Positions 51,535 to 64,000 of a stretch of 64,000 bases of DNA are shown here, piece after piece. Within the stretch, counting starts at the first letter, position 1. Each line of letters starts with the position of its first letter. The stretch covers positions 22,626,345 to 22,690,344 of the forward strand of contig NC_134028.1 of the NCBI RefSeq assembly GCF_964204645.1, given 5' to 3'. Source of the stretch: Tubulanus polymorphus. Its lineage: Eukaryota; Animalia; Nemertea. A model generated the notes under the pieces. That model worked only from the letters and a program-made list of their open reading frames with translations. It had not been told where the DNA came from and ran no database searches. The position numbers were made by a program, and so were the translations under genes.

Positions 51535-54500
51535 ATGGAATTACTAACAATGGTTCAGGAACATGTATGTGATAAAGTTACAAATCAGGAAGATATTTCC
51601 AAAGAAAATGAGGAGGTGGACGATGGAGGAAATGCTGACGAAAATGAAAAGCCACCAACTTTTGATGACATATTTAAGATTATCGGTGAAGTGGGGCGAT
51701 TCCAGGTATTCATGTACATCATGTACGTGGTTATGGAAGGAAATGGTGCGAATATCATCATGTTTTTCGTGTTAGACATAGCTAATCCGGGTTGGTTCTG
51801 CCAAGATTCGGATGGTACGAATGGCTCATCTAGTTTAGTGGAAGGAACATGCGACGCCTCTGGGCTTCCGTGTACAAACTTCACTTTCAGCCCGGAGTAT
51901 ACGAGTACCATTACTGAGGTCAGTAGAAAACAGTTTCATCGGTTATTTGTAGAGACTCCAATGTTTCTTCAGCTTATTTACATGTCTTAGATAAACCTGG
52001 TTGATTCTATATATTTTCTAGTGGAATTTGATTTGTGATCGCAGGTTAATAGCATCGACAATGACGAGCGTATTTTTCGTTGGTAATCTGATCGGGGCGA
52101 TCATTTTCAGTCAAATTAGCGACTTATTCGGGCGGAAAATAGCATTATTGACGTCCTGGGCGGCTTCGATGATTCTACAATTTGCATCCTCCTGGGTTCC
52201 GACGTGGGTTGCCTATATGGTTCTCCGATTTTTTACGGGTTTAAGTACTGGTATGTATGTTCATTCAGATGTTTCAGTCATATTTTACCTTTCTTAAGCG
52301 CAATTTCAATTTTTCCAATTTACAGGTGGATTAATCGCAGTGTCAACAGTTGTATTGAGCGAATGTTTGGGCCCGCAATGGCGCTCACTGGCTACAAATC
52401 GTATCGGGTGGCATCTCGGTCCAGGGATTATGGTTATGTTCGCATATCTTCTAAGAGAGTGGCGCTATGTTAGCATAGTATTAAGTGTTTGGACATTACC
52501 AGCTTTCTTCGTCGCTATATTGTACGTTTTATCACTCAGGCCCTTTTCAAACTGTGTCTACTATTTTGATTTTCACTGTCCTTGAATTCAATTGTAGTTT
52601 TCTACCGGAGAGCGCTCGATGGCTCATTCAAAAGAAACGTTACGATGAAGCGGAAAACTGTGTGAAAAGAATGGCGATGATGAACAGACGAACGGTTCCA
52701 AATCTGAATATTCTCATACGTAAAATGGGAGACAGCGAAAGGAGACCCTCGTCACAGAAATATACGTACCTAGATTTATTCAGATCTAGAAGTATGGCGG
52801 TTATGAGTTTGTGTGTAATGTATGCTTGGTAAGTTATGCTTCCATAATCTTGTATTATGTTTATCATACTTCTCGATAAGTCAGCATTTAGCCTTCACTC
52901 ATTGGTGATACGAACGAATTAGGTTTTGTTCCTCGTTTTGATATCGTTTGTCTGCCGAATGCATTTTATCAGAATTTCTTTTTACCTGACAGAATTACAA
53001 AATCTATTTCAGGTTCGGCCCGTCGATTATATCGTACAGTATAGGGAGTCAGATGACTACATTGACCGGAAATATCTACCTGAATCTTGGAATAATGTTC
53101 ATTGTTCCGGTATTCGCCCGATGGTTCATCTCTATCTACGTCAACAACTGGTAAAATCCGTCATTACTTTACATGGAGTGTAAAGAATTCCTAATTCTTA
53201 ATGCTAATAATCCTCCTGAACCTGACAGCATCGAGACTGCTACGTCACGAAACCCTGCCTGATTACCCCGAGTGCGCACCTCTAATAACGCCATCATTAG
53301 CCAATCAGAAATCCCGTTTTATTTTGGCCTGGGTTTTCCAATTTAAAGTTTATCCATGAAATTTGCCTCAACAGGCAATCTAATTGGTGCTGCAAGTTTC
53401 CTAGCGGCAAACGCGCGTATGTACCCGGGCACACGGGCAGGGATGATTATTCAAATAATAGCTTACTGCGAGCAATGTTGAGCAGTGAGGTCGAATGGCG
53501 TAGGCTTCCCAATCGGTAGGTTGCGTGTTTGAACCCCGGCTGTTCGGTAGTGTCCTTAGGCAAGGCATTAATTCACATTTGCTACTGGACAGACGTAGTA
53601 CCTTGTATCACTGAAGTGCAGATCAGGAACTACAATCTCCCCAGGGAGAGTAAGAAGACAGTCTATGTCAGTGAAAGTCCGGGGTAATGATAATATTCGA
53701 GGAGCGCCTATGAACATTGTTTATCAGTGGAATCAAGCATCATCATCAATGTTTCATAGGATTGGACGACGAAAAACCTATCCTTTATTCATGGGAATCA
53801 CCGGGTTGTTTATGGTGACAGTGCTCATCCTGGACGTATCCAAAGTTGCCGAGAGCAGAGTACCTCAAACAGCGCTTGCAATCGTATCAGCAATATCGAT
53901 AACTGGGGCGTGGGCTGCAGCTCTATTGTTTTCTACTGAGTTATATCCAACCTTGATGAGGTAATCTCTACTATTGATTCATAATGAGTAAATTGAAAAT
54001 CAATTCACAGAATTTATGTCCATGAACTTTATCTTACAGGAATATATCGACTGGGGCAGGCAATGTATCTACTAGAATCGCAGGAATCATTGCCCCTCAA
54101 GTAGCCTTATTGGTAAGTTTTTTTTTTTCAAATACAACGAAGGTCGTCTTGTAAGAAGACAAATGACTCGTAGTGTGACGATGGCCCCTAGAGAGAGTCC
54201 GAAAAGTTGTATTTTTTGCTTTTGATTTTTTTTAATGAAATTAGTTTTTAGTTTTTAGATTAGAGTTTTCTACAGAGGCTTTGAAACTATACTTTCCGGG
54301 ACGCTACACTTTTTAAATTAAAACAGGGTCCACCATTATTCATCATCTCTGGCGTTGTAACCTAAGCGTTTCATTTTCAGGACATGTATCATATATCTGC
54401 CCCGTACGCCGTGTACGGGTTTTTCGCTATCACCAGTTCAATAGCCGTGTACGTGCTGATACCGGAAACGTACGGGCGGCCATTGCCGGAACATTTAGAC

Positions 54501-54635
54501 GATGTTATTACAAGTCGACTAAAGGTCAAGGTCGTTGAGTCATCAGATTTGGATCCTCTACCAGAATTGATGGATCACAACAATTCTTTCGCAGAGGAAG
54601 AAACTATAACAACTAAGAGAGTATGGAAAGCATAA
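51535..54635 (+). CDS. SLC22-family transporter, copy F, 8 exons
   Basis: Paralog of C/D/E; start at 51535 or 51550; exons 5-7 are more divergent. Confidence 0.88.
53480..53730 (+). mobile_element. tRNA-derived SINE in SLC22-F intron 5
   Basis: A-box-like GAGGTCGAATGG, B-box-like GTTTGAACCCC, then the CORE-SINE-like GTGTCCTTAGGCAAGGCATTAA and an L2-like tail GAGCGCCTATGAACA. Confidence 0.65.
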
Positions 54636-54838
54636 TGAACATATAAACTTATGAATCAGTTTCTTGAAAAAAAAATGTAACATTACACGTCCAATTCTAC
54701 ATCTACATAATCGGTTATAATGCCGTCGGTTATACAATCGTAAATTATGAATTATTCAGCTCAAACAAATTTCTATATTTTGATTTTCTTTGCACACTAA
54801 TATTTAGTAAATATTTTCTTATTTCTAAACCCCAATTA

Positions 54839-57718
54839 TCAAACGGAAGAAAGATCTGTTTCTTCGGGTTTACTTTGTCGACGTTTCTTGGTCAGTAAGC
54901 CCTCCGGTAGAGGACGTCCTTTCGTCTCGGGTAAAGTGGTGTATAATACAATGGAACTCAGTAGCGCAATAGCTCCGTAGATAGCGTACGGTCCCGCCAA
55001 GTGATAGTGTTCCTGAAATATTTGTAAAAGCAGTCTGAACCCGAATCTATGTGTATTCATATAGAGTATTGGTGCACTTACCAGTAGCGTAATTTGTGGA
55101 GCTATTATGCTTCCCAATTTCCCAGCTACATTGTTAGCACCATTGGAAACATTTCTGTTGGTAAAAAATGGTAAAGAATCATGAACTTTCCCTTTTTCTG
55201 TTTGTTAAAGAATTATTCTACTCGAAAATAGAGGACACACCTCATGAGTGTTGGATAAAGCTCGACAGCGTACAACAAAACAACACCCCACGCGCCACAA
55301 GTAAATGAGAATGTCATCAAAGTGATAACTGTTTGCGGCAACCTCGACTCGCAAACTTTCAAAATATCCAGAGTAAATACCGTAGCCATACATAAACAGT
55401 TCAGCCCCATGAACAACGGGAAAGACTTTCGTCGTCCCAACCTGTGATAAGCAAATAATTGCGGATTAAAGATAGATATCGTTGCACTTCCGAGTATTTG
55501 AATATTTCCCCGTATCATTTGAATATTTACCACTCAATGATAAGAATAGAAATCCAAAGTGTTAATATTGAAACTGCATTCATGATGATGATGTTGTAAT
55601 AGATGACTCCGGTCAGTGAACTCAGTTGCGATCCTATACCGTACGCTATCAACGCGATAGAAAATCTGTACATAAAGGAAAAAGCCATTGTTTATATTTT
55701 AGTGCAGTCAAATTGGACGAAATGAATAGTGAGGTTAGACAAAATTGCGAAGTCGAATTCTATGATAAGTTGATAGAACATACTTAACCGAGTTCATATA
55801 CGAGATCTATATGGATTGCATATTTTTGAAACAATGTAAAAAATACGTTTCCATGGCAACATCAACCTGTTTTCATTATATCTTGGATATATAAACAATA
55901 TGGGGCCGGGTCACGACAAAAATACAAATTTAGGGTCAAAACCCATGAATTTCGATTTGCGCTGTCCAAATATGGCATTATGAAATTGATTTAAGGTCAT
56001 GGCAAAAGCAATGAAATTTCAATATGTCTCTTGTGCTTATTCTTATTTTAAACGCCTTCTTTACGTATACAAATGCAGATATGCATATGGTTAGATATGC
56101 ATCATCAGATGAAAACATTGCTTCTTGGATTATGTTGCTAAGCACCCTGAAATATGAAAGTCCCTAAAGTATCAGTTATCACCCTACTTGAAGGATGATA
56201 CAATACCATATACAACTTACGAGCCAAACATTACAGAGACACTTTGCACGGCTAGTTTTCTGCTATAGAATAAATCGAGATATGTATATTTTTGTCGATG
56301 TTGTCTTTGTTCGTCCTCGTACTCGGCGATACGTTCTAAAACACTCAAATCTGGACATGGTCTTTTGTTCAACTTCGCCATTCTTTTGATCCACTTTTCC
56401 GCTTCTTCAAATCTCTGTTTCTGCATCAACCAGCGAGCGCTTTCCGGGAGAAATCTAAATATCAGAATGGGGATCGTAATAACTGTTCATTATTTGCCTA
56501 TATATTAATTTAACAATGCAAACTATATCCTTAAATCAATAAGAATAATTAGTAAGAATGTGAAACTCAATGCAACTTATGTGTTCATAATACTGTGTTC
56601 ATGATACTGATCATCTGTAATAAGTAATTGTTATGTACATTATATCGCCCACTTTGTAAGACAAGCACATTTCTAGAACCTACACGACTGCAAATGGATA
56701 CATTGGCAACGTCCACAGACCAATTACCAGGGACAGCTTTCGCCAATCTCGAACGAAATAGCCGGCGACTGCCATGAATATTACTCCAGTTAACCAACCT
56801 AATCTGTAACCGATTACGCTCCTCCATTTTGGGCCTAGATACTCGGACAAAAACACCGTGCTCACAGTCACTATACCCCCTTAAATTCAGAGAATATTAT
56901 ATGTTGATATGAATGAAGAATGTACCTACTACGTGAAAAGTAAAAACGTCTCACCTGCTGCAAATCCTGTTACGAATCTTAGTGCTACATAAACTCCCCA
57001 ATCGGGTGAGAAGCTGCTGGATGTCTGGCCAATCATCGCCAAGGCCCAAACGACTACGATAGCCCTCTTACGACCGAATAAATCACTCATTTGCCCGGTC
57101 AATAATGAACCAATGACCACGCCGATGAAAAAGATACTAGTGATAGATTTTGATATGATGGATCGATCGCAGATCAGCGTCCACTGAAATATCAAGTTTC
57201 TTTTTCCCGTCAATATTATGCAATTTCTTTATCACGTAGAAGTAACTGTATGAGATGACAGTAGGTCGATAAGTTACACAATATCAATGGAAGATGAATG
57301 CGTAAAGAATTTCCACAACCAGTTCAGAAAAACACTTTTTCCTACATACCTCCGTTAATGCAGATGTGTAATCATTATTGAAAATAAAATCTGCGCACGG
57401 TTTTCCTTGATAACACAAACCCTTCAATAGCGACGGTTGAACAGTTTGATTAACGGTGAAATTGACCACATCGAACGAGGTAAGATTATCCACATTTCCC
57501 GGGCAGTTCCAGCCTGGATTTGCCCCATCCAGGTAAAAGAACAAAAGAATCGGTGATCCGACGGCATCTAATACGCAGAATCCTAGAAATACTAGCCACT
57601 GGAATGGTCCCGTTTCACCAACTGCTTTCAATACGTCCTCGAAAGTGGTTCGTTCTTCAAACTGAGTGTTTTCTTTGGCGTTTATGAGCGCAATATTCCT
57701 TTCATTTCCATCCTCCAT
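54839..57718 (-). CDS. SLC22-family transporter, copy G, 8 exons
   Basis: A/B-type paralog on the opposite strand (GETGPFQW, PESARWL, ELYPTLMR, LPETKG). Confidence 0.92.
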
Positions 57719-58374
57719 CGCATTAAATGGCGGCTAGAAACTGGAAACTTCTTTATTCAACTCTTACAGCGACCCCGTTGCCAACACGCCGTAAAGTTAC
57801 CTGACACAATTTTGACATTTTCTGTCATATGCATTTACTGTCTCTATATTGTTTGTATAATGCTAAAGTATATTTTAAGACTGAAATCGATATCCTTATC
57901 AAAATAGGAAGAGCTGCACTGCGTGGACTTTGGTCTAAAAGAAGAATCCAGATTGAAAGATATTGCTTGCGTGTCTCCGGAACATATTGTAGGCCTGTAA
58001 CGATTCATTAACTATCTGTTAGGAATTTGTCTACGTATAAAGGCTTTCACAGGAGACGGATCAAGAGGGGATGAAGGGGCTGCACACCCCCTGTATCTTT
58101 TTGATGCTTCACGACTTATCTAAAATGTTATATCAGATGAATTCCAATTGCATTAGTCTGTTAGTTTATGAGTCGAGAAGAAAAACATAATATCCGTTTA
58201 CTCTTATTCAAGTTTCTCGTTTTGGCTATGTTTATTGTTTGATTTCTCGCGTTTGTTGGTTTATCATTAGCAAACGACCATTATTAATTTGGATTCTTCG
58301 GTTTATGCATAATCATTCAGTTTCATAACTTCCTTGTTTACTTATATGTTTCAAATATGATTTATTCTTTTAGT

Positions 58375-58467
58375 TATCATCAAAGAGCTGTTTCTTCGGG
58401 TTTACTTCGTCGACGTTTCTTGGTCGGGGAATCCTCCGGTAGAGGGCGTCCTTTCGTCTCGGGTAAA
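58375..58467 (-). pseudogene. Relic of the terminal exon of a ninth SLC22 copy
   Basis: Minus strand encodes LPETKGRPLPEDSPTKKRRRSKPEETAL*, with downstream AGTTTCATAACTT shared with the 3' flank of copy H; upstream exons are absent. Confidence 0.8.
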
Positions 58468-58469
58468 TT

Positions 58470-58780
58470 AGGTTAGAGAAGTATATAATAGAACTTGGTG
58501 ACGACTGAGGAACTAGTTTATTCGAATTTAGGGTCGGGTCCGATATTTTACCAGTGAACAAATTTTCAAACCTTCATTTAGACAGAGCCGATAGAATATG
58601 CCCCACTTGTAATACTTTAGGTGACGAATCCCATTTTCTGTTTGACTGTACCTTACTTAACGAACCCCGCAAAAACTATTTCAATTTGAATACCTTTAAT
58701 ACCCTTGATATTCTGAAAACCCAACGGTCAACTTAGCTAAATTCATTAAGACCGGCTTAGATGTATATAGATCCCTCCAA
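58470..58780 (+). mobile_element. 3' fragment of a non-LTR retrotransposon
   Basis: DRICPTCNTLGDESHFLFDC is the C-terminal CCHC zinc knuckle typical of LINE ORF2; followed by an AT-rich tandem duplication (~58779-58855). Confidence 0.65.
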
Positions 58781-59990
58781 TAGTATATATAGTATTGTAA
58801 ATAGTTGATGTATATAATAGTATATATAGTATTGTAAATAGTTGATGTATATATATTTCGTTACGTTTCCATTCTCTAAATTTTAATCAACTCAGTGTTG
58901 TTTTGTAAATATTTGTATATACATGTGTAATAGTTTTCCTCCATATACCATGGAAATGGTTGGAGTGTAAATAAATCGTAATCGTAATCGTAATCGTAAA
59001 ATGTAGATTCAACTATGTATACATATATACGTATCAAGCTTCCTCCGTCAAGTGTAAGCAAGTTATGGACAGGGTTACACTGCTGAAGATCCTTGCGCGA
59101 AAGGAAGATTACATGCAGTACACAACATATCGAACGTATCATTTCTTTTATCATAATCGTTTGCTGTAATAAAATAGAAACACATTTTATACCTCGACAG
59201 ATAATTTCTCAGCGATAAAATACATAAATTCAAAATTTAAACATACAATTTTGTCTCCCTTCAGACACGTCACTCAAGGGATATTTGAACTGCCCAGAAA
59301 ATGCTATATGCGTTGAACACTTATACTGCTTTTTATTCTCTAAGAGCGTGATATGAACTAGACATTACAGAACTGTATACCTGCACAAGCCTTATCTCGA
59401 TCTTCCTCCACAGTGGCTACATCGAGTCTTCAAAAGTTGCTTGACACCTCTATGTATTGTCCGTAGAGGTAAAAACTAGATTTCAAGTCCTTGAGTTGAC
59501 CGTTGAATGTGCTGTCTTCAAAATCGTTGAATTCTAATCCGGCTATGCAGTCTTCTTCAACGTAATGTTTTTATGAAGCTTCCATGGACAAAAATATAGG
59601 AAACTGCGACAATATGGCTCTCCAGACGGGCGGACAGAAATACCTCAAAACAAAGCAATCGTTTTGAATTGGGATTGCCCGATTTTTTTCTCTCCACCAG
59701 GGGCGGTTAGTGAAGTTACAGTAGCAAAGGTTTTGTTAAAACTTAGTTTCTATCATTGGCCGAATACCCTGTAAACAAGCCATAGAGATTGGACAAAATT
59801 GGGCAGTTCCCATACAAAGAAACGACTGTCAGATATGGGGAAATCAAAACAATTTGTATCTCAAGGCAAACGATACAATTCATTTGAGGTATAGTGATGA
59901 CAAGGTAATACAATTCAGGTCGATGGATACCAGGAGAAGATACTACACACACTACTATATCCATTCTACACCCGGTTAACACGGCTCCTC

Positions 59991-60460
59991 AACTTAGAAA
60001 ACTTAGAGGACTTTTACATCAACATCTACCCGAGAAAAAAAAACCCACAATAATCTATCGGACTATTTACACGTAGAAAACGACCAAAAAAATATAAAAA
60101 TGGACAAAATGATCTTCAACCTTGTAATATAGCTATTTCCAGAATCTCAATGTATTAAATTAGGCAGCCAGAAAAATTCATCCCAATCAGTCGCTTGCCG
60201 GTTCAGACTGAATGGAAGATTGTTTGGATGAACCGGAACCGAAGTTCCAATTATGTACTTCGATTTGAAAATATTCTGTTAACTCCACCGCCGATCACAC
60301 ATCTATATCTGTACTTCGATTTCCGACTTCAGAATCAAACCCCCTGTTTCGCTCCCGGCAGGTGTGGTGGGTCTGTAAGGGACACTCAATCGAAAAATCA
60401 AACAAAATTTACCAGCCAAATAAATAAATAATGGGGACAATCCCTATTTTAAGATAAAAA
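59991..60460 (+). mobile_element. Probable 5'-truncated retroposed insertion with 13-bp TSD
   Basis: AACACGGCTCCTC at 59978-59990 and 60461-60473 flanks an insert with an A-rich 3' end; an uninterrupted similar target sequence occurs at ~7293-7326. Confidence 0.6.
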
Positions 60461-60583
60461 AACACGGCTCCTCTACGAATCTACTCATCTTGTATTCTTA
60501 AGTTCATACAAATTAAGTCAGTTTCATAACTTATTTGCACACATATCTATTGCAAAAAGCGCTTATATTTGTAATGATAATCA

Positions 60584-62987
60584 TCACGCAGATATATTTC
60601 CTTCGTCGTGTTTACTTTTTCGACGTTTCTCGGCCGGGAAATCTTCCGGTAGAGGGCGTCCTTTCGTCTCGGGTAAAGTGGTGTATAATACAATGGAACT
60701 CAGTAGCGCAATGGCTCCGTAGATAGCGTACGGTCCCGCCAAGTGATAGTGTTCCTGAAATATTTGTCAAATCAGTCTGAACTAAATCTATTTGGTGTAT
60801 GTAAAAGGAGTTTAAGAATACTTACCAAAAGCGTGATTTGTGGCGCTAATATGCTGCCCAATTTTCCAGCCACATTGCCAGCACCATTGGAAACGTTTCT
60901 GTTGACAAGAATAAAGAAAAGATGTGAATGTTCCCCCTTTTTCTGTTGGTACGGGAGTCGTTTGAGATACAAGACATACCTCATGAGTGTTGGATAAAGC
61001 TCAATAGCGTACAGCAAGACAACACCCCACGCGCCAGAAGTAAAACAGGATGTCATCAAGGTGATAACTGTTTGAGGCAACCTCGACTCACAAACTTTCA
61101 GAATATCGAGAGTAAATACGGTAGCCATGCACAAAAAGTTCAGCCCCATGAACAACGGGAAAGACTTTCGTCTTCCCAACCTGGGATTAATCGGAAAATG
61201 CAAATTAGAGTAGGTTTCTGCACATTGCAAACATTCAAATATTGGATTGTCACAGTATTTACCGTTCAATGGTAAGAATCGAAATCCAGAGTGTTAATAT
61301 TGTGACTGCATTCATGATGATGATGTTGTAATAGATGACTCCGGTCAGTGAACTCAGTTGCGATGCTATACCGTACGCTATCATTGCAACAGAAAACCTT
61401 TAAAGGATAAATAGCCATCGTGATTTATGGATCGCATCGATCTTCATTTTGCACACATATTTGATTACAATCGGAAGGAAATATGGAATTCCACGCAGTA
61501 GGGTGATACCACCACTCACCCTACGTGGGAGATGATACCATAACATATACAACTTACGAGCCAAACATTACAGAGACACTTTGCACGGCTAGTTTTTTAC
61601 TATAGAATAAATCAAGATATGTATATTTTTGTCGATGTTGTCTTCGTTCGTCCTCGTACTCAGCGATACGTTCTAAAACACTCAAATCTGGACATGGTTT
61701 TTTGTTCAACTTCGCCATTCGTTTGATCCACTTTTCAGCTTCTTCGAATCTCTGCTTCTGCATCAACCAACGGGCGCTTTCCGGGAGAAATCTAAATATT
61801 AGAAATATCCTTATGATCATCATGTGCATATCTTTTTAAAACTATGAAAAAAATGTATGTCTATTCGTCTACATTTCTGTTTACATTTTGTCATATATCT
61901 CGAAGTCTTATTCAAGGCAATGTAAACACACTTCACATGTAATCGTTCCGAATATTCAAATAAAACACATTTCTAGAACCTACACGATTGCAATTGGATA
62001 CATTGGTAACGTCCACAGACCAATTGCCAGCGACAGATTTCGCCAATCTCGAACGAAATAGCCGGCGACTGCCATGAATATTACTCCAGTTAACCAACCT
62101 AATCTGTAACCGATTATGCTCCTCCATTTCGGGCCTAGATACTCGGACAAAAACACCGTGCTCACAGTCACTATACCCCCTTTAAATCAGAGAATATATA
62201 CATGTTAATAATACGAATAACGAATGTACTTATAATGCGAACAGTAACACTTCTCACCAGCCGCAAATCCTGTTAAGAACCTGAGTGCGACGTATACTCC
62301 CCAATTGGGTGAAAAGCTACTGGATATCTGACCGATCATCGCCAAGGCCCAAACGACTAGAAGAGCTCTTTTGCGGCCGAATAAATCACTCATTTGCCCG
62401 GTCAATAAGGAACCAATTACCACGCCGATGAAAAAAATGCTTGTGATAGATTTTGATATGATGGAACGATCGCAGATCAGCGTCCACTGAAATGTCAAAA
62501 ACAAGTATTTTCTCATTTTCGTTGATATACTATGCAATCTTTAGCGCGTTGATTACAGTCAGATGATAGTATACATTTTATGCATCAGTGTGAATGATAT
62601 TGACTTTTTACAACATACCTCCGTTATTGTAGATGTGTAATCTTCATTGAAAGTAAAGTTTGTGCACGGTTTTCCTTGATAACAAACTCCCTTCAATAAC
62701 GACGGTTGAACAGTTTGATTAACAGTGAAATTGGCCCCATCGTACGAGGAATAATTGCCCACATTCCCAGGGCAGTTCCAACCTGGATTTGCCCCATCTA
62801 AGATGAAAAACATAAGAATCGACGACCCGGCAGCTTCCAACACACAAAATCCTAGAAATACGAGCCACTGGAATGGTCCCGATTCACCAACTTCTTTGAA
62901 TACATCCTCGAATGTGGGTCGTTCTTCGCACCGCGTATTTTCCTTGCCGTCTATAAGCGCAGTTTTCCGTTCATTTTCTTCCTCCAT
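60584..62987 (-). CDS. SLC22-family transporter, copy H, 8 exons
   Basis: Close paralog of G; last exon EHYHLAGPY...LPETKGRPLPEDFPAEKRRKSKHDEGNISA*. Confidence 0.92.
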
Positions 62988-63653
62988 TCTGCGTTAAAAC
63001 TAGCAACTCTAACCGCAACGAGGAAACTAGTCCCACGAGCCAGACGCCGTTTTACATAAAACTGAGATAATATCGATATTGGTTTACCGTTATGTGATCT
63101 TTCGTAGCGATATAAGTACGTTGGCCTAATACACGGGATGTCGTAAGCATGAAATTGATATCCTGATTAGAATAGAAAGAATTGAACTGTGAGAACTCAC
63201 ATTGAACCTTGGTTTGGGGATATAGCTAGAATAAATGCTTTTATACGTCTTGTCTTGTCAGACTATAAGAAGCTAATCCTATAGGCGCACGTTATGAAAA
63301 GCATTTAGGGCCCTAAAACCGTGGACTCGAAAATGAATTCGACCCTAAATTCGTTTTAGAGGCCATGATACAACGAACGGCTCAAAAGAAGATTGAATAG
63401 TAAGCTAATTGCGGGCATTAATAAAATGAAAAGGCATTTTCTTACTTCACGTGTGTTGCAGCTGATGTTATGAAAATCTAGGCATGAATGATATCGGTGC
63501 CAAATACATATACGACGTTTTGAAACGACCACGTGCTCCTAATTTGCTATTAATTTGGGGGAACGTTTACAATCCGACAGCGCGCATAATGCGCATACTT
63601 TAAATCATTTCACTATGTTTTTATTTTTCTTTTTATCCTACTGCGAAGCAGTG

Positions 63654-63858
<205 letters not shown>

Positions 63859-64000
63859 GATATATATATAATATATGATATTATGTTGGTTTGTTGTACG
63901 ACTTGCACATGAAAAGCAGGTTTAGGATATAGCAGGTATATATATAGAATTGTAAAATACTACAGCAGAACCTCGTACAATGAACTACAGGGAACCAGAA

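Noticed and set aside
53480-53550. Possible tRNA gene
   Set aside because: A/B boxes are present but there is no complete cloverleaf, and it continues into a SINE core and tail, so it is called a SINE.
55847-55860. Perfect X-box palindrome GTTTCCATGGCAAC
   Set aside because: Lies mid-intron of SLC22-G in sequence absent from paralog H (probable repeat insertion); no evidence of regulatory use.
59030-59580. Minus-strand exon-like fragments (VEEDCIAGLEFNDF..., MLCTACNLPF...)
   Set aside because: Contain in-frame stops and I cannot assign a family; probably decayed transposon coding sequence.

Overview
This is eukaryotic, not prokaryotic, DNA: an AT-rich, compact invertebrate animal genome (lophotrochozoan-like by gene content; the species cannot be determined from the sequence). 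Introns are short GT-AG, so the supplied ORF track mostly shows exon fragments, and I rebuilt gene models by hand from splice sites. In order, the window holds: the 5' part of a trypsin-like serine protease (-); two core-1 beta-1,3-galactosyltransferase (C1GALT1-like) paralogs (-) flanking a membrane-anchored HHxxxDG condensation-domain/alcohol-acyltransferase-like gene (-); an intronless RFX transcription factor (+); a 10-exon secreted protein with an unusual (MIB/HERC2-like + TSP1)x2 architecture (+); a 2-exon secreted 8-Cys (4x CX3C) toxin-like peptide (+); two intronless class-A GPCR paralogs (-); and an array of eight apparently intact SLC22-family transporters (six +, two -) plus a relic of a ninth. 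Non-coding DNA carries several MITEs, L2-like and other LINE ends, a tRNA-derived SINE, Penelope-type inverted repeats containing minimal hammerhead-ribozyme motifs, and a ~200-bp (AT)n tract. The most novel-looking items are the secreted MIB/HERC2-TSP1 protein and the CX3C peptide, which are largely invisible in the ORF track.
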